From Bacteroidales bacterium (lineage in GTDB: Bacteria > Bacteroidota > Bacteroidia > Bacteroidales > UBA3663), in the NCBI GenBank assembly GCA_045545875.1, contig JAZQBS010000022.1, positions 845-64,844 on the forward strand: 64,000 bases of DNA, written 5' to 3'. The first letter of the stretch is position 1, and each line of letters starts with the position of its first letter. Positions 1-6,478 of this stretch are shown piece by piece. A model generated the notes under the pieces. It saw nothing but the letters and a program-made list of their open reading frames with translations, did no database searches and was not told where the DNA came from. The position numbers and the translations under genes were made by a program.

Positions 1-1
1 T

Positions 2-295
2 ATCATGAGTTTGTGGAAAGTAGATGATGATGCTACACAGTTATTAATGACCCAATTCTATAATAATTTAGCTTTAGGGAAGAACAAATATGACGCGCTC
101 CATCAAGCTCAAAATTTTTTGAGACAATATGAGGTTCTAGTAGAGTGCAATGATGATATACGACCTTCTATATCTGCTCATGCCAAAGAACAAAACCGAA
201 AAAAAACTGTAAAGAAAGAGAACAATAAAATGATAAGAAAATACAATGACCCTCAATACTGGGCTGCATTTATACTATTAGATGGTATTAACTGA
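2..295 (+). CDS. CHAT-domain (caspase-like, clan CD) protein, C-terminal ~97 aa only; the gene continues upstream of the window
   Basis: The ORF is open to the window edge. Its C-terminal signature is typical of CHAT proteins (SLWKVDD.AT..LM..FY..L...AL..AQ..L ... DPQYWAAFILLDG). Codon usage is AT-rich, unlike the rest of the window. Confidence 0.65.
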   Translation: MMSLWKVDDDATQLLMTQFYNNLALGKNKYDALHQAQNFLRQYEVLVECNDDIRPSISAHAKEQNRKKTVKKENNKMIRKYNDPQYWAAFILLDGIN

Positions 296-306
296 AATCA
301 TGAATT

Positions 307-1515
307 ATGAGACAAAATTATAAATATATAGGCATTTTCTTTGCTTGGATAAAACAGAAAAGATATGCGTTGTTCATTTCTTTGTTTAATGTTTTATTAT
401 TATCTATTTTTGCATATATATTAAATAATCAAACAGTTTTTACAGGCGAGGACTTGAATCAATTCGCTTGGATGGAATTACTAAAAAACAAGTTTGGAAT
501 TGGCAAGACAGTTGGGAAGGATGACGTGTTATTTGTGAATATTTCATACGATAAGCAACTAATTGATGTTTTTGATGAGTTCAGTATTCCTATTGGGAAT
601 ACAGACATTACTGACAGATCAAAATTACTATCATTATTACAAAGACTTCATTCTACCAATCAATATACTTATATCTTCCTTGACGTAAGATTTGAAAAGG
701 GGTTTGATGTGCCAGAAGTTGATTCTCTTCTCTATTCTGAAATTCTCAACATGAGGAATTTGGTTGTAGTTTCACACGTTGACGTAGAAATAGCAGATAG
801 TTCATTACTCAGCAAATCGGCCTATAACGATTTTGATGCTACGATTGTTTCTACAAATTTCGTAAGGTACAGTTATTCTTATAGAGAAATGATCTCAATG
901 CCATTGTATGCCTATAGAGATTTGAAAGGAATGTCCATCAATAAGCATGGAATCTTTTACTCATGCAATGGTGAATTATGCTACAATAGCCTTTTTTTGA
1001 ATTTCCCCATTGAGAAGTTCAACGAATTTGATGATAACAATCAGAAAATATATTATAATTTAGGTAGCGATTTACTTGACAATTATTCCGAGGAAGACTT
1101 AGGCATGCTGACAAATGGCAAGTATGTCGTCATTTGCGACATGGTAGAGGATTTGCATGATACCTATTCCGGCAAAAAACCTGGATCCGTCATCGCTTTT
1201 TACGCTTTTAAGGCCTTAATGGATAATAAGCATGTTGTCAACTACTGGGTATTATTACTTTTTGCATTTGTATATTTTATTATCTCGATGTTGCAATTTA
1301 GTCATCGTTCACTCATAGAGATGATACCATTTGTTCGTGACTCACATTCTGACCTCTTACATTTTGCCTTTTCGTTTGTAGAGTTTACAGTTATTCTTTC
1401 TTTCGTTGTTGTCGTTCTCAACTTAATATGGAACGTATCAACGAGTATTTTGCTACCATCAATATATTTTTCAATTCAAAAGAATATCATTAATTATAAA
1501 AGGATTATAGTATGA
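307..1515 (+). CDS. CHASE2-like membrane sensor module without a cytoplasmic output domain (hypothetical)
   Basis: 402-aa ORF starting 11 nt after the CHAT stop. One N-terminal TM helix (ALFISLFNVLLLSIFAYIL) and about 3 C-terminal TM helices flank a ~270-aa exposed domain. The start of that domain (DDVLFVNISYD..DRSKLLSLLQRL..YIFLDVRF) resembles the CHASE2 pattern. No kinase or cyclase domain follows. Confidence 0.45.
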   Translation: MRQNYKYIGIFFAWIKQKRYALFISLFNVLLLSIFAYILNNQTVFTGEDLNQFAWMELLKNKFGIGKTVGKDDVLFVNISYDKQLIDVFDEFSIPIGNTDITDRSKLLSLLQRLHSTNQYTYIFLDVRFEKGFDVPEVDSLLYSEILNMRNLVVVSHVDVEIADSSLLSKSAYNDFDATIVSTNFVRYSYSYREMISMPLYAYRDLKGMSINKHGIFYSCNGELCYNSLFLNFPIEKFNEFDDNNQKIYYNLGSDLLDNYSEEDLGMLTNGKYVVICDMVEDLHDTYSGKKPGSVIAFYAFKALMDNKHVVNYWVLLLFAFVYFIISMLQFSHRSLIEMIPFVRDSHSDLLHFAFSFVEFTVILSFVVVVLNLIWNVSTSILLPSIYFSIQKNIINYKRIIV

Positions 1516-2126
1516 GAAAAACGATTATTTCACTGTTCGCATTATTATATGTGGCAACCATATATGCCGAAGACTATAAAATTCTTCAGATGAATACACC
1601 ATCAGTGAAGATAGGAAGCCGTGAATGTGTAAAAGGTGATGTATTTTCCGATGATTCCATTATAGTTTGGGCAAAGGAGAAACAAGCTATAAAGGCTCAA
1701 AACTTGGCAACAAAAAAAATTCAATTGTTTACCGAACCCTCTTTTAGGGCTCATAGCAGTACAACTATCAAAGAATATTTCTTCAAGAAAAATCATATGT
1801 CATCACGTGGATGTCTAAGTCTGAGTGAATTGTCAGAACAGTTAAATAACACATTTTACTTATTTGATACAATACGCATTGAGTCGCCTATACCTATTGA
1901 TAGTACCAAATGTTATTATATGCACTATCATCATAATAATCACTTGATAGAAAAAGTTTTGCCATCGACAGGTGATGAATTTTTGATAGTTCGGTCAGAT
2001 TTGGAAATAGGAGATAGTACAATATACAATGATATAACTATTCAACTTTATTTCAGAAGTGATCAAGTGGAAGATGACTATTTATTGACGGACTCAATGA
2101 AGATTACATTAATTCCATTAGAGTAA
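1512..2126 (+). CDS. secreted hypothetical protein (204 aa)
   Basis: ATGA start/stop overlap with the upstream ORF. It has a clear signal peptide (MRKTIISLFALLYVATIYA/ED). No motif recognised. Confidence 0.55.
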   Translation: MRKTIISLFALLYVATIYAEDYKILQMNTPSVKIGSRECVKGDVFSDDSIIVWAKEKQAIKAQNLATKKIQLFTEPSFRAHSSTTIKEYFFKKNHMSSRGCLSLSELSEQLNNTFYLFDTIRIESPIPIDSTKCYYMHYHHNNHLIEKVLPSTGDEFLIVRSDLEIGDSTIYNDITIQLYFRSDQVEDDYLLTDSMKITLIPLE

Positions 2127-2385
2127 GTATTTGATTGTCGATAAGGTATTTACGAGATGCTTTCATTGGAGATGATTGAAGAGATAATTGATAATATCTT
2201 TCATATGACAACGGCATTCTTTGGGTAAAGCCACTTAGAATGCTTACTGAAGGATTTTCTTCGCTAACCCACCGAACTGTTTTGAGGGTCATCTGCACAT
2301 CTCTTTGGCGGTAATGCTTCAAATGACACAAGTGGAATTGTTTGAGTGCTATAATGCAAGCATTTGACAAACCCCAAATCGTCAT
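2104..2385 (-). pseudogene. orphan 93-aa ORF, possibly a degraded tyrosine-recombinase C-terminal remnant
   Basis: It lies exactly in the AT-rich/GC-rich transition. The pattern FHLCHLKHY...LKTVRWVSEENPSVSI...YERYY is loosely reminiscent of the HxLRH...LGH...Y box of integrases. A stop codon lies immediately upstream of the Met. Weak call. Confidence 0.2.
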
Positions 2386-2580
2386 TCAAAGGTTATGAAG
2401 CATTCTCCGAAAAGGATAGAGTTTTTCGGTGAAACTTGTACAAGTTTGGAGATATTTTCAGAGATTCGTTGTAGACGATCGGAGACGGGACATAATTAAT
2501 TCTGCAAAAATGAAAAGCTTATGCATTAATCTGAACAAGCCATAACCAGAGTTGAATCTAGGCGATACTTAATAAACAAT

Positions 2581-2606
2581 CCCCGACAGCCTTTCGGTTA
2601 TCGGGG
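2581..2606 (-). terminator. hairpin downstream of the small minus-strand ORF
   Basis: CCCCGA(14 nt)TCGGGG, followed on the minus strand by T-rich ATTGTTTATT. Confidence 0.35.
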
Positions 2607-2664
2607 ATTGCTTCATGACATGGGGATGTCAAGAACGGAAGGGAAGCTGCTTAATGGGCAAGCA

Positions 2665-2829
2665 TCATGCGGAGTGGCGGAAGACACCGATGTAGGGATT
2701 GGGGCTGATGACGAAGTCAGACTTGTCGGTGCTGCTCTTGTGGTTTTTTACTGCCTCGGCGATCTTATGGCCGACATAGAGACTTGCGGAGAAAAGGATC
2801 ACTGTAGTGAAGAATGCGATTGCGTACAT
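2665..2829 (-). CDS. small single-pass membrane protein, 54 aa (below the ORF-track cutoff)
   Basis: Hand translation: MYAIAFFTTVILFSASLYVGHKIAEAVKNHKSSTDKSDFVISPNPYIGVFRHSA. It has an ATG start, a TAnnTTTG box about 95 nt upstream, an AT-word leader and a downstream hairpin. The 81-aa plus-strand ORF 2608..2853 overlaps it on the opposite strand. Confidence 0.35.
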   Translation of the reverse strand: MYAIAFFTTVILFSASLYVGHKIAEAVKNHKSSTDKSDFVISPNPYIGVFRHSA

Positions 2830-2922
2830 AGTTGTATATTTTTTAATTGTTAATATTATTATTTTTTGTTTTTGTCTCGAAAATCAATTGTTAATTGTTC
2901 ATTGATTTTCATTTTGACACCG

Positions 2923-2930
2923 CAAAGGTA
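2923..2930 (-). promoter_or_regulatory. Bacteroidota -7 promoter box (TACCTTTG on the minus strand)
   Basis: Exact match to the TAnnTTTG consensus. It points at the small ORF 2829..2665. Confidence 0.4.
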
Positions 2931-3119
2931 GGCCCTTTTCTGCACGCCTGCAAGTTTTTCTCCATCTATTTGACGAGTATATGGCGACAGAGGAGCGAAT
3001 GCGCGACAGATGGGAAGAGACGGCTTAAATCTTGTCGCACAAGAACAAATTTTTTGCAAAAAGATGGCGTGATGATGAAGAAAAATGCAGAAAGGTTTGG
3101 AGATGTCGGGAAATAGTCC

Positions 3120-3127
3120 TATTTTTG
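3120..3127 (+). promoter_or_regulatory. Bacteroidota -7 promoter box (TATTTTTG)
   Basis: Exact TAnnTTTG match 138 nt upstream of the 3265 ATG. A T6 run at 3194-3199 lies in the leader. Confidence 0.35.
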
Positions 3128-3264
3128 CAGTGCAAAATTCACTTTCTGCTATGGAATGGTGATTTGGTGTAAAGAACCATCCGGGTCCCGAGTTTTTTGG
3201 TCACGAATTAGATAATTGAAGAATTGTTATTGTTAATAGATTAAAAAAGAAAGGAGAAAATGAA

Positions 3265-3801
3265 ATGATAGTAGTTCATGCGAATGACCCGACGACAAGG
3301 GTGCTGGGGCTGCTGTATGAGCAGCGGGAGGATGTGGTGACGCACATCACGGAGAAGGCGACGAATGGGGCGGTGCGACGTGCACTGAGGGCGGATGACA
3401 CGCTCATGATGCTGGGGCACGGGAACCGGTACGGGCTGTTTTCGAAGCCGAACGGCAAGGGGGTGTTCGAACGACGGCTGGTAGATCACCGGCACGTGAT
3501 GTTCCTGCGCGGAAAGACATGCATCGGCATCTGGTGTCATGCTGATGAGTTTGCGTACAAGTATAAATTGCATGGGCTGTTCTCGGGGATGATCATCTCG
3601 GAACTGCAGGAGGCGATCGACAACAAAATCCCGGCTACGAAGGAGGAGATTGATGCGGAGATGGAGAAGTTCACCCTCCGCCTAAAATACTGCATCGAGA
3701 ACTATCCGCTGGAAGAGGTGCCCCAGCGAATGCTAGATCTGGACGATACGAAGTCGGTGTTGACGAGGTTCAATTACGGGAATTTGGTGTATTATACTTA
3801 G
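3265..3801 (+). CDS. hypothetical protein, 178 aa, with a minimal HG...C pattern
   Basis: GC-rich host-like codon usage, an AGGAGA-like purine tract upstream and an ATG start. A hydrophobic strand precedes His-Gly (TLMMLGHG, H52) and another precedes Cys (CIGIWC, C91), 39 residues apart. Confidence 0.7.
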   Translation: MIVVHANDPTTRVLGLLYEQREDVVTHITEKATNGAVRRALRADDTLMMLGHGNRYGLFSKPNGKGVFERRLVDHRHVMFLRGKTCIGIWCHADEFAYKYKLHGLFSGMIISELQEAIDNKIPATKEEIDAEMEKFTLRLKYCIENYPLEEVPQRMLDLDDTKSVLTRFNYGNLVYYT

Positions 3802-3828
3802 GGATTTTAAGGGATATTTGGGGATACG

Positions 3829-3864
3829 AAAAAAAGGGGCCGCAGATATCACATCTGCGACCCC
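3829..3864. terminator. bidirectional intrinsic terminator between convergent genes
   Basis: 12-bp stem GGGGCCGCAGAT / ATCTGCGACCCC with one mismatch and a 5-nt loop. The A7 run on the plus side gives a U-tract for the minus-strand fructan operon transcript. Confidence 0.6.
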
Positions 3865-3910
3865 TACCATCTTTATAATTAATACACGTTATGAAACGTC
3901 GGGGAGTGTA

Positions 3911-4085
3911 GGGTTAAGAGGGGTTCTGAAGGGTTCGAGGGGTTCTGAAGGGTTCGAGGGGTTCGAATGGTTGCGATGACATCGCAACAAACTGAACGAG
4001 GGGGACCTTTCGAACTATTCGCTCTGAGCTCTGCTCGCGTGGAGCGAAGCGTAACAACCTTTCGAACCGTTCTGAACCACGAGGG
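3911..4085 (-). repeat. long imperfect inverted repeat of 10-nt GGTTCGA/GGTTCTGA words in the fructokinase 3' UTR
   Basis: The left arm is GGGTTAAGAG GGGTTCTGAA GGGTTCGAGG GGTTCTGAAG GGTTCGAGGG GTTCGAATGG. A perfect 19-nt palindrome GTTGCGATGACATCGCAAC sits at 3970-3988. The right arm carries complementary words (CCTTTCGAAC, CGTTCTGAACC). Confidence 0.8.
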
Positions 4086-4095
4086 GAGCGAGTCC

Positions 4096-4974
4096 TTAGG
4101 CTTCCAGAATCTCCTTGGGGAAGACTGGAGTGGCGCCCTCCTGGGTGCAGACGAAGGCGCTGGCCTTGACTGCAATGCGGTGGGCATCCTGGATGCTCTT
4201 GCCCTTGAGGTACTGAGCCACGAAGGTTGCGGTGAACGAATCGCCTGCACCTACGGTGTCGGCTACCTTTACCTTTGGAGTATCGACGTAGGAAGTCTCG
4301 TTCTCGGTGAAGACGTTCGAACCTACAGCGCCACAGGTGAGGATGACGGTCTGGAGAGTGTCGAACTTGCTGATGAGCTGACGGCAACGCTCCTCGGCTG
4401 AACCTGTGAGGTGGAAGAGTGCGCTGACAATCTCGATCTCCTCCTCGTTGAGCTTGAGGATGGTGGCACGCTTCAAGCTGGCTTCGATAACCTCGAGGCT
4501 ATAGAAGTGCTGACGAAGGTTGATGTCGTAGATGCGCTCGGTGTCGGGATCCATCGTGTCGAGGAACTTAAGGATGGTGGCACGGCTCACGGGGCTGCGC
4601 TGAGCAAGCGAACCGAAGCATACGGCACGTGTGCGCTTGGCAATAGATTCGAGCTCGTCGGTCCAGGGGATGTTGTCCCATGCTACGTTCTCGCAGATCT
4701 CGTATGCGGGAATGCCATCGCCACTGAGGGTTACCTGTACGGTGCCTGTGGGATAGGCTACGCGTGCAATGCGGTTGTCGAGCTTGATGCCCTTGATGAT
4801 TTCGAGAATCTCGTCACCCAGTGCATCCTGACCAACAGCAGAGATAACGATGCTGTGCCAGCCGAACTGACCCGAGTGATATGCAAAATTGGTTGGAGCG
4901 CCTCCAAACTTGCGGCCTTCGGGGAAACAATCCCAAAGTGCTTCGCCAATGCCTACGATTAAGTCTTTTTTCAT
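4096..4974 (-). CDS. PfkB-family carbohydrate kinase, fructokinase (BT1757-like)
   Basis: 292 aa. Motifs include N-terminal GEALWD..GGAP.N and DTVGAGDSF near the C-terminus. It is the last gene of the fructan locus. Confidence 0.85.
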   Translation of the reverse strand: MKKDLIVGIGEALWDCFPEGRKFGGAPTNFAYHSGQFGWHSIVISAVGQDALGDEILEIIKGIKLDNRIARVAYPTGTVQVTLSGDGIPAYEICENVAWDNIPWTDELESIAKRTRAVCFGSLAQRSPVSRATILKFLDTMDPDTERIYDINLRQHFYSLEVIEASLKRATILKLNEEEIEIVSALFHLTGSAEERCRQLISKFDTLQTVILTCGAVGSNVFTENETSYVDTPKVKVADTVGAGDSFTATFVAQYLKGKSIQDAHRIAVKASAFVCTQEGATPVFPKEILEA

Positions 4975-4982
4975 AATATTTA

Positions 4983-5113
4983 AGGGGGATAAAGGGGAGT
5001 AAAAAGGGAGTTAAAGGGACAAATGCATTTCTTGAACAGGACCTGCTTGGACAAGCGGTAGTAACGTCCCTTTTATAACTCTTTTACTACCCTATTACTA
5101 CTCTTTTACTACC
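4983..5113 (-). repeat. structured intergenic element (purine-word arm / loop / pyrimidine-word arm), copy 1
   Basis: Arms are at 4983-5020 and 5066-5113 with a 45-nt loop. The 24-nt core CAAGCGGTAGTAACGTCCCTTTTA at 5052-5075 is identical to 6408-6431. Confidence 0.8.
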
Positions 5114-5120
5114 AATATAT

Positions 5121-6278
5121 TTAATTCTTGATATTCTTGATATAGGTAAAGAGGTAGATGACGCCGACGGCCATGACTGCTACTGCACCGGCCTGACCCA
5201 TTGCATCGCTCATGAATCCCATAATGAGTGGGAAGATGGTGCCACCGAAGAGGCCCATGATCATTAGACCGCTGACTTCGTTCTGCTTCTCGGGAACAGA
5301 GAGGAGAGCCTCGGAGAATGCCATCGAGAAGACGTTGGAGTTGCCGTAGCCTACGAGGGCGATGGCGGTATAGAGCATCCACTTCTCAGTACCGAAGAAC
5401 ATACCGCACATCGAGAGAGCCATCAGGATGACGCTGATGATGAAGAACCAGCGGGTCTTCATGATGCGAAGGAAGAACGAACCGGTGAAGGCACCAATGG
5501 TACGGAAGATGAAGTAGAGCGAGGTGGCGAAGGCTGCATCGTTGAGGGTCATACCCAGACGCTCCATGAGGAGCTTGGGTGCTGTGGTGTTGGTACCTAC
5601 GTCGATGCCGACATGGCACATGATGGCAAAGAACGAAAGGAGCACGATGGGCTTCTTGAGCAGTGCCAGGCAGTCCATGAATGACGAAGACTTGCCGCCA
5701 CTAATCTCCTCGTAGATAGGAGTTGCCCAAAGCAGGGCGGTGGAGATGATGCCGACAACGAAGTAGATCAAGAAGAGCACACGCCAATCATAGCCGAAGG
5801 ATGGGATGACCTGGGTAGCGCCCCACATGGCGAGGTAAGGAGCCATGAACGAAGCGATGGCCTTGACGAACTGTCCGAAGGTCAGTGTGGATGCCAGGTT
5901 CTTGTCACCAATCACGAGCATAGCCAAGGGGTTAATACTGGTCTGCATCAGGGCGTTGCCGATGCCGAGGAGCGAGAAGGCCACGAGCATCACGGGGAAC
6001 GACTTGCCAAACAAGGGGATGAACAGCGAAATGACAGTGACAACAAGCGAAAGGAGCACGGTCTTCTTGCGGCCGATCTTGTTCATCAGCATACCTGTAG
6101 GAACACTGAAGATGAGGAACCAGAAGAACACGAGCGAAGGGAACACGTTGGCCACCGAGTCGGAGAGCTGGAGATCTTCCTTGACGTAGTTGGATGCGAT
6201 GCCGACCAGATCGACGAAGCCCATGCAGAAGAAGGCGAGCATCACAGGGATGATGGCAAGAGCAGAGGTCTTTTTCAT
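5121..6278 (-). CDS. MFS sugar:H+ symporter (FucP/GluP-type; BT1758-like fructose transporter)
   Basis: 385 aa with about 12 predicted hydrophobic helices. It lies between the fructokinase and GH32 genes. Confidence 0.8.
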   Translation of the reverse strand: MKKTSALAIIPVMLAFFCMGFVDLVGIASNYVKEDLQLSDSVANVFPSLVFFWFLIFSVPTGMLMNKIGRKKTVLLSLVVTVISLFIPLFGKSFPVMLVAFSLLGIGNALMQTSINPLAMLVIGDKNLASTLTFGQFVKAIASFMAPYLAMWGATQVIPSFGYDWRVLFLIYFVVGIISTALLWATPIYEEISGGKSSSFMDCLALLKKPIVLLSFFAIMCHVGIDVGTNTTAPKLLMERLGMTLNDAAFATSLYFIFRTIGAFTGSFFLRIMKTRWFFIISVILMALSMCGMFFGTEKWMLYTAIALVGYGNSNVFSMAFSEALLSVPEKQNEVSGLMIMGLFGGTIFPLIMGFMSDAMGQAGAVAVMAVGVIYLFTYIKNIKN

Positions 6279-6285
6279 TTTTTAT

Positions 6286-6469
6286 AAAGGAATTAAAGGG
6301 GAGTAAAAAGGGAGTTAAAGGGGAGTAAAAAAGGAGTTAAAGGGACAATGGTTCAATTAACAATTAACAATTAATAAATAATAATTGTTTGTTTGACCCA
6401 AACTCGTCAAGCGGTAGTAACGTCCCTTTTACTACCCTTTTATAACTTTTTTACTACCCTTTTACTACC
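6286..6469 (-). repeat. structured intergenic element, copy 2 (larger loop containing TTAACAATTAA words)
   Basis: The left arm at 6286-6346 is made of AAAGGGGAGTA/AAAAGGGAGTT words. The right arm at 6422-6469 is made of CCCTTTTACTA words. It shares the same 24-nt core as copy 1. Confidence 0.8.
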
Positions 6470-6478
6470 ATTAAAAGA

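Noticed and set aside
2608-2853. The plus-strand 81-aa ORF.
   Set aside because: It lies opposite the minus-strand 54-aa ORF, which has a promoter box, an ATG and a downstream hairpin. The plus-strand product has no signal, no motif and no upstream promoter box. Neither ORF is proven, but the minus-strand reading is better supported.
3879-4401. Arg/Pro/Ser-rich ORFs 3879..4250, 3914..4387 (minus) and 3967..4401 (plus).
   Set aside because: They are read through the GGTTCGAA word repeat and off-frame or antisense through the fructokinase gene. Their composition is typical of out-of-frame GC-rich sequence.
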